The position numbers were made by a program, and so were the translations under genes. DNA of 64,000 bases, from NCBI GenBank assembly GCA_036277095.1, contig DASUNP010000005.1, positions 411,775-475,774 on the forward strand, written 5' to 3'. The stretch's first letter is position 1. Each line of letters begins with the position of its first letter. The notes below the pieces were generated by a model. It was not told the DNA's origin. It was given only the letters and a program-made list of their open reading frames with translations, and searched no databases. Below, piece by piece: positions 55,882 to 64,000 of this stretch. This stretch comes from Blastocatellia bacterium. GTDB lineage: Bacteria; Acidobacteriota; Blastocatellia; UBA7656.

Positions 55882-56703
55882 CTAGTAGTTATTCGACAAG
55901 CGGCCCGCGCCGCCGCCTGAAAAGGTTATAGCTGATGGCGCCACGGGGCCGGTCTGGGCGACGGTCTGCGCTACGCGACCGGACCGATGGCGGTCGCGAC
56001 CGTAGCGGGCCGATATGACTTTTACATAATGCTGCGTTTCGCGGTATCGCGGGACGGTGTAGCCGTGACGGATGACCGCGCCTTCGCCCGCGTTATAGCC
56101 CGCAAGCGCAAGCTCGACATCGCCGTTAAACATGTCGAGGAGGAACCGCAGATACCTCACGCCGCCTTCTATGTTTTCAGCCGGATCATATATATTCGAC
56201 ACGCCGAACCTTCGCGCGGTCGCGGGCATCAACTGCATCAACCCCGAAGCCCCTTTGTAAGATCGCGCCCGTGGGTTAAAGCCCGATTCTTGTCTCATCA
56301 CCGCGAATATCAAGTTAGGGTCTACGCCGTGGCGCGCGGCCGCTTTCATCACCATCTCGTCATAGACGGGATTGCCGCTCGTGCCTACGCTTGCGGCTGC
56401 AAGCTGAGGCTCCGCCGCCGTAGCCCCCGACATGACTACGGGCGGAGGTGGAGTCGGCGTAGCGGGTGATTGTGCGACCGCTGCCGCAGGTTTCGCCGCG
56501 CCCTTCTTTTGCGCGCCGGGCTGCGTTTTGCCCGCCGGCTGAGCTGTCGCTTTCGGGTCTGCCGTCTTTGCGTTCTGCACAGGCAATGCGGCCTCTTGAA
56601 CTGTCATGACGGGCGTGCGTTGAGCTTCCTGCTCTTGCGCGCGCGCGTCGCCGCCGGCGATCCCCAGAATAAGCATGATTGCGAGGAAGACGGATAACTT
56701 CAT
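55882..56703 (-). CDS. Lytic transglycosylase (SLT domain), secreted, with Pro/Ala-rich linker
   Basis: Signal peptide. SLT catalytic region ...LIFAVMRQESGFNPRARSYKGASGLMQLMP. AGYNAG motif. Confidence 0.8.
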   Translation of the reverse strand: MKLSVFLAIMLILGIAGGDARAQEQEAQRTPVMTVQEAALPVQNAKTADPKATAQPAGKTQPGAQKKGAAKPAAAVAQSPATPTPPPPVVMSGATAAEPQLAAASVGTSGNPVYDEMVMKAAARHGVDPNLIFAVMRQESGFNPRARSYKGASGLMQLMPATARRFGVSNIYDPAENIEGGVRYLRFLLDMFNGDVELALAGYNAGEGAVIRHGYTVPRYRETQHYVKVISARYGRDRHRSGRVAQTVAQTGPVAPSAITFSGGGAGRLSNNY

Positions 56704-56861
56704 TTACCCTCCGGTTTCTTGGGGCGAGTTTATCCGGTAAAGACCGACCCGTCGCACGCCGAGCGGGGCAATTGCTTCCGGGGACGATTCGAAAGTGGAG
56801 TTGAAAACCCAGGTGGGAGCCGTTTCTCAACCTCACTTCGGCAGCCAGTCATCCTTAACTG

Positions 56862-56975
56862 GATTTTAGATTTTAGATTTTGGATTTTGGATTGCCGATG
56901 CCGGTTCCTGAATCCAAAATCTAAAATCGCGGCGCGCGTATGCGCATCATCCGCCACGAAAATCCAAAATCGAAA
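56862..56975. repeat. TTTTAGA/TTTTGGA heptamer-repeat palindrome in the divergent region between the transglycosylase and ftsY
   Basis: gattttagattttagattttggattttggatt ... aatccaaaatctaaaatc ... aaaatccaaaatcgaaa. Confidence 0.7.
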
Positions 56976-57164
56976 GGCCTTGGCTTTGCGACCCAGGATC
57001 ACTCCTGGTGTGCCTTTATCGGTGATTTTCTTACAGCTAACTACGCGGCCAGTCTAATATGCTAGTCGAGCTTTGTCAATAATTAGATATGGTTGACGCT
57101 CGTTTCAATCGGGTGCTAACCTTTATGGTTCTAACTCTAAAGGATATTTTTATGAAGCTTAACT

Positions 57165-58214
57165 ATGGCATTCTGGAAACGTAAAAAGGAACCCGACATC
57201 ATCACGCTGGGCCTCAACCGCGCGGCCACGCCCGAAGAAGAGGCCATAGCGGCGCTCCCCGACGAGCCTGAGACAGACTTCATTGACAAGTTCAAACAAG
57301 CCGTCGCTTCGACTCGCGAGAACCTTGCCGAGCGGATTGAAACGGTTGTCGGAGGCCGCCGCGAGATCGACGCCCAGGTGCTTGACGAGCTTGAAGAAGC
57401 CTTGATAGGCGCAGACATCGGCGTGCAAACGTCGCTTGAGATAATTGAAAAAGCGCGCCAGCAAGTCGCCCGTAAACAGCTTAACGACGTAGACGAGCTT
57501 AAGCGGCTTATCAAATCCGAGCTTCTCGCTATACTCGACGCCGCCGAGCGCAACCGCAAGCGCGGCACCGTAGCGAGCGAAACCGAAGTGCCGCTCGACA
57601 TAAAACCCTATATCATCATGATCGTCGGCGTGAACGGGGTAGGAAAGACTACGACCATTGGCAAGCTCTCGCACCGCATCAAGAGCGAGGGCAACGAGGT
57701 ATTGATCTGCGCGGCGGACACTTTCCGCGCCGCCGCAAACGATCAGCTAGCCATTTGGGCCGAGCGCTCGGGCGTTCCGCTTGTGCAGCAAAAACCGGGG
57801 ACAGACCCGTCGGCGGTGCTGTTTGACTCGATAAGCTCGGCCCGCTCCCGCAACGCCGATGTCTTGATAATCGACACGGCGGGCCGGCTGCACACGAAGC
57901 TGAATCTGATGCAAGAGCTTGAGAAGATGCGCCGCGTGGCGGGCCGCGAAGTCGAAAGAGCGCCGCACGAAGTCCTCCTCATCATCGACGCGGTCACGGG
58001 TCAAAACGGGCTTGAGCAAGCGCGCCAGTTCACACGCGCCGTTCCGGTGACGGGACTTGTGCTTACGAAGCTCGACGGGACAGCCAAAGGCGGGATCGTC
58101 ATCGCCATCGCGAAGGAGCTTGGCATTCCCATCAGGTATGTCGGCGTTGGCGAGAAGATGAACGACCTCATAGAATTCTCGCCTGAAGCTTACATCAACG
58201 GCCTGTTCGATTGA
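57165..58214 (+). CDS. ftsY: Signal recognition particle receptor FtsY (short A-domain)
   Basis: NG domain motifs [31 protein letters not shown] and [11 protein letters not shown]. Confidence 0.85.
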   Translation: MAFWKRKKEPDIITLGLNRAATPEEEAIAALPDEPETDFIDKFKQAVASTRENLAERIETVVGGRREIDAQVLDELEEALIGADIGVQTSLEIIEKARQQVARKQLNDVDELKRLIKSELLAILDAAERNRKRGTVASETEVPLDIKPYIIMIVGVNGVGKTTTIGKLSHRIKSEGNEVLICAADTFRAAANDQLAIWAERSGVPLVQQKPGTDPSAVLFDSISSARSRNADVLIIDTAGRLHTKLNLMQELEKMRRVAGREVERAPHEVLLIIDAVTGQNGLEQARQFTRAVPVTGLVLTKLDGTAKGGIVIAIAKELGIPIRYVGVGEKMNDLIEFSPEAYINGLFD

Positions 58215-58222
58215 TTTTTTGG

Positions 58223-59599
58223 TCAGGCGAGAGCCGCCGCGGGGTGGCCGACGACTGCGTCTCTCCGCTCAAGCGTCATTCGTATTCCTCGCCGGGGCCT
58301 CAAGGTTATCATTGGCCTCGGCTCGACCTTTTCTCCCTCGGCCAGCCGCATGCGCCAGCGCTGCGCGATAGTCGCGATCAGTAATACGCCTTCCATCCAC
58401 GCGAACCCTTCGCCTATGCACACGCGGGGGCCGCCGCCGAAGGGGAAATACGAGAACTTTGGCCGCGCTTCCCTCGCGGCGGGCGTCCAACGCTCGGGGT
58501 CGAACCTGAATGCATCCGGGTAGTAGCGCTCGTCGTGATGCATCACCCAGGGGCTCATCAAGATTATCGACCCGGCGGGCACGATGAAGTTATCTATCGG
58601 ATAGTCACTGAGCACCTGTCGCCCCATAGTCCACGCGGGCGGATACATCCTCATCGCTTCGGCCATCACCATCTCCGTGTATTTGAGCCGCGCGAAATCG
58701 TCAGAGGTCGGCAGCCTCGCTCCAAGCTCCCTGTCTATCTCTTCGTGCAGACGCGCTTCGACATCCGCGTGACGTGCGAGCAGATACCAGGTCCAGGCTA
58801 GCGCGTTTGCCGTAGTCTCGTGGCCCGCAAGGAATATTGTCATCGCTTCGTCGCGCAGTTGAAGATCGGTCATGCTCCCGCCGTCGCCTTCTTCGTCCTG
58901 GGCCATCAAAAGCATCGACAGCAAATCTCCGCGATCCGCGCCCGTAGCGCGATGCTCGTTGATGATGCGATAGATCGTAGCGTCTAATCTTCGGCTTGCT
59001 TTCAGAAAACGAAAATTGCTCGGCAGCGGCAGCTTCATCAGAAGGTTCGGGAACGGGGAAGTGATTCGATTGAATAGCTGCATTATGTCTGTGAGCGCCG
59101 TGCGAATCTCCGCCGCTTCAGATTCAACGTCGGTGTCAAACAGCGTCTTGCCGACAATCGCCAGAGTCACGCGCATCATCTCTTGAGCGATATCTAAGGT
59201 TTCTCCGTCCTGCCAGCGGTCGCGAGTCATCGCGCCGTATTCGGCCATCACCTTGGCGTAAGCGTTCATGCGCTGGCGGTGAAAGGCGGGCTGTGACAGG
59301 CGGCGCTGGCGGCGGTGGAATTCGCCCTCGCTCGTAAGCAGTCCTTCGCCCAGAAACCGCTTCGCCATCTGAAGCCCACGGCTCTTGATAAAGTTGCGGT
59401 TATTCGTGACGAGCACGTCACGTATGTAATCCGGGTTATTGATCAGGTAAATGGCCTGCGGGCCGAACTGAAGATGGACAACGTCACCATGCTCGCGCGC
59501 GGCCGTGAGCAAGAAGCCCAGAGGGTCGCGGCGAAAGTCCAAGAGATTACCGACAACGGGCTTGCCCTTCGGCCCGGGCGGATGGCTTTGAGTTGACAT
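58223..59599 (-). CDS. Cytochrome P450
   Basis: Heme-binding loop [18 protein letters not shown] (ETTAN...E..R) and AGHETT I-helix motif. Start set at Met14. Confidence 0.8.
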   Translation of the reverse strand: MSTQSHPPGPKGKPVVGNLLDFRRDPLGFLLTAAREHGDVVHLQFGPQAIYLINNPDYIRDVLVTNNRNFIKSRGLQMAKRFLGEGLLTSEGEFHRRQRRLSQPAFHRQRMNAYAKVMAEYGAMTRDRWQDGETLDIAQEMMRVTLAIVGKTLFDTDVESEAAEIRTALTDIMQLFNRITSPFPNLLMKLPLPSNFRFLKASRRLDATIYRIINEHRATGADRGDLLSMLLMAQDEEGDGGSMTDLQLRDEAMTIFLAGHETTANALAWTWYLLARHADVEARLHEEIDRELGARLPTSDDFARLKYTEMVMAEAMRMYPPAWTMGRQVLSDYPIDNFIVPAGSIILMSPWVMHHDERYYPDAFRFDPERWTPAAREARPKFSYFPFGGGPRVCIGEGFAWMEGVLLIATIAQRWRMRLAEGEKVEPRPMITLRPRRGIRMTLERRDAVVGHPAAALA

Positions 59600-59792
59600 A
59601 CCGTACTCCTGGAGTCGTGAGGCGGCGCGCAGATTCAATTATGCACTTTTTTCTAGTAATATAGCCATAGACAGCGATGGCCATTCTAAGATATTAAGTT
59701 ACTTTGTATGGGTTTCCATGCGATATAATGATTCTGAACCTAATGACGACGACTTTATGCAGAATTAGCGCGAGATATAACAGGAGTTGATA

Positions 59793-60566
59793 ATGGCAGA
59801 AGCAATGTTGGACCGGCATATCGAAATCACGCCCGAGGTACGGAGCGGTAAACCGCGTATAGCGGGTAGAGGGATTACCGTAGCAGATATTGTCTTAATG
59901 CATTGGCGCCTGGGCATATCTCTGGAGGAAATTGCTGGAAAGTACGATTTGCCTTTAGCAGCAGTTTACGCGGCAATGTCTTATTACTATGATCATAAGC
60001 GGGAGATCGATCAAAGCATCGAAGAAGATGAAGCTTTTGCCGAATCATTCCGGTCTAACAACCCATCTCCCTTGCAAGAAAAGCTTGAAGCCCTGGTTGA
60101 CGACCTTGCAGCAATCACAGAGTTTTCAGACGAAGAGATAAGGCAAGAGGTGACCGACAAACAGGTCGGCAAAAAAACATATGGCAGAATTGGCTCGCCA
60201 GATGAGTTGCAAGCACGACTCGCAGACGACGCGGCTAAGATACCGCAATGCACAGAATCTGAACTGGGCCGGGCGCTAATCATCTTCGCGTATCGGATAA
60301 TAGAGCAATTCAACCTGACGCCCAAAGAAGTATCTGATGACATTCATTACACGGAGTCACGGAGGGTAGTCCAACCGCCTTCACTCCAATACGGCTACGA
60401 CTTGGCTGAATTCCGCCGCGCCAACAACTACGACCTGATAACGGCGATCAAGCAATCAAGCGCCGAGGGACTAAGGGGGGTTCGCAGCTTCGGCTATTAC
60501 GATCACTGGGCTGATGAGGTGAAGGGTGAGGGTGAGGGTGAGGCGAAGGAGAAGAGGAGGGCGTAG
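59793..60566 (+). CDS. DUF433 (antitoxin-like HTH) domain protein with ~180-aa C-terminal extension
   Basis: N-terminus HIEITPEVRSGKPRIAGRGITVADIVLMHWRLGISLEEIAGKYDLPLAAVYAAMSYY matches the DUF433 pattern. The remaining 180 aa are unassigned and end in a GEGEGEA repeat. CAGGAG SD 6 nt upstream. AT-richer locus. Confidence 0.55.
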   Translation: MAEAMLDRHIEITPEVRSGKPRIAGRGITVADIVLMHWRLGISLEEIAGKYDLPLAAVYAAMSYYYDHKREIDQSIEEDEAFAESFRSNNPSPLQEKLEALVDDLAAITEFSDEEIRQEVTDKQVGKKTYGRIGSPDELQARLADDAAKIPQCTESELGRALIIFAYRIIEQFNLTPKEVSDDIHYTESRRVVQPPSLQYGYDLAEFRRANNYDLITAIKQSSAEGLRGVRSFGYYDHWADEVKGEGEGEAKEKRRA

Positions 60567-60643
60567 ATATGACAAGCAAGGGCGAAGAGAAATTCTTTGT
60601 TGAATTTGAGCCTTCAAGCTTGAAGTAAGAATGTAACATCCTA

Positions 60644-61012
60644 ATGTCCGATCCGGCTGACAAACAGCGTAACTTCATTAAGGAAAAGATACGTTTTCAT
60701 CTTGATGAGCATGTCGATCCTGCCATAGCCGCGGCTTTGCGCCGCAAAGGTATTGACGTAACAACTACTGTCGAAGCCGGATTGTACGGGCGAAGTGATA
60801 ATAATCATCTAGAGTATGCCCTTCCCGAGCGGCGAGTGGTCGTAACTCACGACGCGGATTTTCTGAGATTTGCCGAACGTTCCAAAGATCATGCCGGAAT
60901 TGTTTACTGTAAGATGAAGGCTCGCTCGATAGGTGAAATCATTCGCGGCCTGATTCTGATCTATGAAGTTCTGACGCCGGAGGAATTGGCTGGTCGTGTT
61001 GAGTATTTGTGA
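60644..61012 (+). CDS. DUF5615 family PIN-like nuclease (putative toxin partner of DUF433)
   Basis: 122 aa, ...IRFHLDEHV...VVVTHDADF... pattern typical of DUF5615/Mut7-C-like PIN proteins. Lies 77 nt downstream of the DUF433 gene on the same strand. Confidence 0.5.
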   Translation: MSDPADKQRNFIKEKIRFHLDEHVDPAIAAALRRKGIDVTTTVEAGLYGRSDNNHLEYALPERRVVVTHDADFLRFAERSKDHAGIVYCKMKARSIGEIIRGLILIYEVLTPEELAGRVEYL

Positions 61013-61024
61013 CAAGCTTTTTGC

Positions 61025-62248
61025 TTAACTCGCGTATCTCTCTTCGACTGTGGCGGCGAAGACGATCACGCCGATGACGCCGATTATGCCGGCGATAATA
61101 AAGGGCGTCTGCGGGGTGACGGTCCACAACAACCCGCCGATTGCCGCAGCAGGAGTGACCGTGAGGCTGCGGACCAGGTAATACAACCCGACCGTTCGCG
61201 CGCGCAAATGCGGTTCCGCAAAATCGACTATCATCGCCTTGCGAGAAGGCTCGCCGATCTCTCTGAGCCCGCCGATGATAAAAGCCGCGACAAGCGTCGC
61301 CGCGCCCGTCGCCATCACGACCGCTACCGGAAAGAGCGCGAAGCAAAAAAAGGTCGCGATCACGAAAGGCTTGCGCCCTATTCGGTCCGCTATTTTCGCC
61401 GCGGGGATGTAGACCAGCATCGATGTCGCCATCTGTATTGCCACGAGCGCGCCGTAGCGGACCGCGCTCACGCCGAGTATGTTCGTCACGTAAAGCACTA
61501 TCAAGACTTCCGCCAGCCCTTCGCACGTCCTGATTATGATGTCTGAGATGAGCAGCCGCTTTAACGCCGCGTGAAACGACCTCCAGACGCCGCGAATGTT
61601 TGTGGCCTCGCCTTTTGTTATGGGGATGTTTACGACCATCACCGCTAGCGCCGTAACGGCCGCCAGAATGAGCGTGATGACGAGCCCTTTCTTTACGCCC
61701 GCCGTCACGCCCGACGCGGCGATGAAAGCCCCGCCCACGAGCGGCGCGATGGCCATCGGCACTCGCTTGATTAATGACTGGAGCGTGAAGCCCATGGCTC
61801 GCCGTTCTTTCGGGAGCGCATCGCCGATCACCGCAAAGATCGCGGGCGAAGCCATGCTGACCCATGCCATTGAGAATGCAAGTCCCACGAAAGCGAAAGG
61901 CCAGGAAGGGCTGAACAGGTAAATCAAATAGCCTATCGTTGCCAGCGCGATGAAGAAATGGAAAGCCCGGCGGCGGCCTACGCGGTCCGCGATCCAGCCG
62001 CCCGGATACTGATAGACCGCGTCAAAGAAATCTTTCACCGTCCCGAACGCGCCTATGGCCACGGTGCCCGCGCCGAGCGCTTCGAGATATTTCGGAAGAA
62101 ACTTCTTCCACAGCTCTTCGCCCATACCAAGCAGAAAGACTGCTAAGGATGCGGCGGCCACGTTGCGCTCAAGGCCGAGAAAGTCGATCAAGCGCGAACG
62201 GCGCGTAGCGGCAATCTGCTTTTCTTCACTTTTGCCTTTTGCCGTCAT
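61025..62248 (-). CDS. MFS transporter
   Basis: About 12 TM helices. MFS loop motif GWIADRVGRR. Start moved to an internal Met to avoid a 58-nt overlap with chrA. Confidence 0.7.
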   Translation of the reverse strand: MTAKGKSEEKQIAATRRSRLIDFLGLERNVAAASLAVFLLGMGEELWKKFLPKYLEALGAGTVAIGAFGTVKDFFDAVYQYPGGWIADRVGRRRAFHFFIALATIGYLIYLFSPSWPFAFVGLAFSMAWVSMASPAIFAVIGDALPKERRAMGFTLQSLIKRVPMAIAPLVGGAFIAASGVTAGVKKGLVITLILAAVTALAVMVVNIPITKGEATNIRGVWRSFHAALKRLLISDIIIRTCEGLAEVLIVLYVTNILGVSAVRYGALVAIQMATSMLVYIPAAKIADRIGRKPFVIATFFCFALFPVAVVMATGAATLVAAFIIGGLREIGEPSRKAMIVDFAEPHLRARTVGLYYLVRSLTVTPAAAIGGLLWTVTPQTPFIIAGIIGVIGVIVFAATVEERYAS

Positions 62249-62256
62249 AGCCCGCC

Positions 62257-63663
62257 TCAATCGAACAGCAGCGCGCGCGCAAGGCCTATCAAACCACCTG
62301 CCAGCACTACCCACAACACGTCGACTCTCAATCTATAAAGCGCAAAGAAGGCTGCCGCGCTCACGGCTAAGGCAAACCAGTTTATGCCGCCTCCGGACCC
62401 GCGAGGGAGGATCACCGCCGCGCCAAACAGCAGCGCGAGATTCAAGATCACTCCGACGACGGCGGCCGTCACAGCCGAGAGAGCGCCGGTCAAGTGTTTG
62501 TTCCCGCGCAGCTCTTCGATGTAAGGCGCTCCCACGAATATAAAAATGAAGCTCGGCAGGAACGTAGTGTACGTAGTCACGAGCGCGCCAATGACCGCGC
62601 TCGTCGTTTGCGGCAATCCTTCCTGGCCCGCCAGGTTCCACCCGGCCATAAAACCTATGAACTGCAAAACCATGATGAGCGGTCCCGGCGTCGTCTCGGC
62701 AAGGGCGAGCCCGTCGATAGCCTGTTCGGGCTGAAGCCATCCATAAGTGCCGACCGCGGCCTGCGTCACGTATGCAAGCACTGTGTACGCGCCGCCAAAT
62801 GTTATGAGAGCCGCTTGCGTGAAGAAGCGATACTCTTGCGCGTGAAGGCTATCCCATCCGCGCCACGCTACCAGCGCCGCGTACGGCAATGCCCACATCA
62901 GAAGCCCTACGGCCAAAGTTTTGAGCAGCCGTCTTCGCGAGGGCAGGGTGTGTGGCGGGGCGGGCTCGTGGTCGAGGATCACCGTGGGCGCTTCATCTCT
63001 TTCTTGAGTTGTCGCTTCGCCTTTGCTCGTCGCCGATCGGAACACCCCTGGCCAGAAGAGTACGCCCGCAAGCCCTATCGCCGCCGCCAGGAGCACGATG
63101 AGCGGGAAGGGCGCTTTGACAAAATAGATCGCGACGAAAGCTGCGACGGCTATCAGGAAATGCGCGACGGAGCGGAGCGCGCGGCTGCCGATCTTAATGA
63201 CGGCCTCGACGACTATCGCTACTACGACCGGCTTGAACCCGTCGAGCGCGCCCGCCACTGCCGGGAGCCGCCCGTACGCGGCGTAGATGTAAGAGAGCGC
63301 GAGCAGGATGAAGATGGACGGGATGACAAAGAAGGCGCCCGCGACTATGCCGCCCCACGTGCGGTGCATGAGCCAGCCGATGTAGATGGCTAACTGTTGC
63401 GCTTCGGGGCCTGGCAGCAACATGCAATAGTTCAGCGCGTGAAGGAATCGCTCCTCGCCGAGCCAGCGGCGGCGCTCGACCAGCTCGCGGTGCATGATGG
63501 CTATCTGGCCGGCAGGCCCGCCGAACGAGATGAATCCGAGCTTCACCCAGAATCGGAATGCTTCGGCGAACGAGACGACACGCTCCGGCGCCGCAGTGTT
63601 GCTCGCCTGCTCGGTCGGTGCGACAATCGGTTCGCGCTCTCTCATGCTTATTCGACTTTTCAC
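62257..63663 (-). CDS. chrA: Chromate transporter ChrA (duplicated CHR domain)
   Basis: [50 protein letters not shown] in the N-terminal half, and a matching second half ([13 protein letters not shown]...). Confidence 0.8.
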   Translation of the reverse strand: MKSRISMREREPIVAPTEQASNTAAPERVVSFAEAFRFWVKLGFISFGGPAGQIAIMHRELVERRRWLGEERFLHALNYCMLLPGPEAQQLAIYIGWLMHRTWGGIVAGAFFVIPSIFILLALSYIYAAYGRLPAVAGALDGFKPVVVAIVVEAVIKIGSRALRSVAHFLIAVAAFVAIYFVKAPFPLIVLLAAAIGLAGVLFWPGVFRSATSKGEATTQERDEAPTVILDHEPAPPHTLPSRRRLLKTLAVGLLMWALPYAALVAWRGWDSLHAQEYRFFTQAALITFGGAYTVLAYVTQAAVGTYGWLQPEQAIDGLALAETTPGPLIMVLQFIGFMAGWNLAGQEGLPQTTSAVIGALVTTYTTFLPSFIFIFVGAPYIEELRGNKHLTGALSAVTAAVVGVILNLALLFGAAVILPRGSGGGINWFALAVSAAAFFALYRLRVDVLWVVLAGGLIGLARALLFD

Positions 63664-63751
63664 TTTAGCGCAGGCGGCTTACTTTTACATAGCCCGCGTC
63701 TGTATAATGCGTTTCGCGCAATCGAAGCTAATTACAAACCGGAGAACGAAC

Positions 63752-64000
63752 ATGAACAGCATTCCTGAAATCGGGCAGACGGTCTTGAACTTTATTGACG
63801 GCCAGTGGGTCGCGTCCGACACCGACAAATTGACGGACCGCTTCGACCCGGCGGACCAGACCGTGATGGTCGCGCGCGCGCCCGATTCCTCGCGCGCGGA
63901 CGCGCGGCGAGCCATCGAAGCAGCCGACCGCGCGCTCGCAGGGTGGCGCGACTGGACTCCGCCCAAGCGCGGGCGACTTCTTTTCGAATGGCTCGCGTGG
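63752..64000 (+). CDS. Aldehyde dehydrogenase family protein, N-terminal fragment (continues beyond window)
   Basis: ATG 63752 with GGAG SD. MNSIPEIGQTVLNFIDGQWVAS...RGRLLFEWLAW, a typical ALDH N-terminus. Confidence 0.55.
   Translation, partial: MNSIPEIGQTVLNFIDGQWVASDTDKLTDRFDPADQTVMVARAPDSSRADARRAIEAADRALAGWRDWTPPKRGRLLFEWLAW

Overview
High-GC (about 60%) bacterial chromosomal segment. Gene content looks like a soil Acidobacteria-like organism: a CarboxypepD_reg-type TonB receptor, a Ser/Thr kinase with TPR repeats, many secreted peptidases and amidohydrolases, bacillithiol BshC, and PQQ and GMC dehydrogenases. About 55 protein-coding genes are supported. No rRNA, tRNA or CRISPR array was found. 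The six-frame track evidently accepts GTG/TTG starts, so several starts were moved to internal ATGs that have an SD sequence or signal peptide. Most notable items: (1) a dCTP deaminase gene split by a 377-aa intein carrying an HNH homing-endonuclease motif; (2) a stand-alone 587-aa protein with a C-terminal CHAT protease domain and an unassigned Gly-rich N-terminal domain; (3) an SPFH/flotillin protein whose SPFH domain is interrupted by a triplicated ~95-aa module (NFQD motif), flanked by two hypothetical membrane proteins; (4) a glycan-type cluster of two paralogous GT87/DUF2029 membrane glycosyltransferases, a GT2, a class I methyltransferase and a DUF2064 protein, with a radical SAM enzyme nearby; (5) a DUF433 (unusually extended) / DUF5615 toxin-antitoxin-like pair on an AT-richer islet; (6) at least three families of intergenic palindromes whose arms are tandem heptamers (CTGAGTG; TTTCAAATCTCAAAT; TTTTAGA/CTAAAAC). 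These sit at gene 3' ends and repeatedly supply the stop codons or terminal residues of neighbouring ORFs. All functional calls are from motif recognition by eye; no database searches were run.
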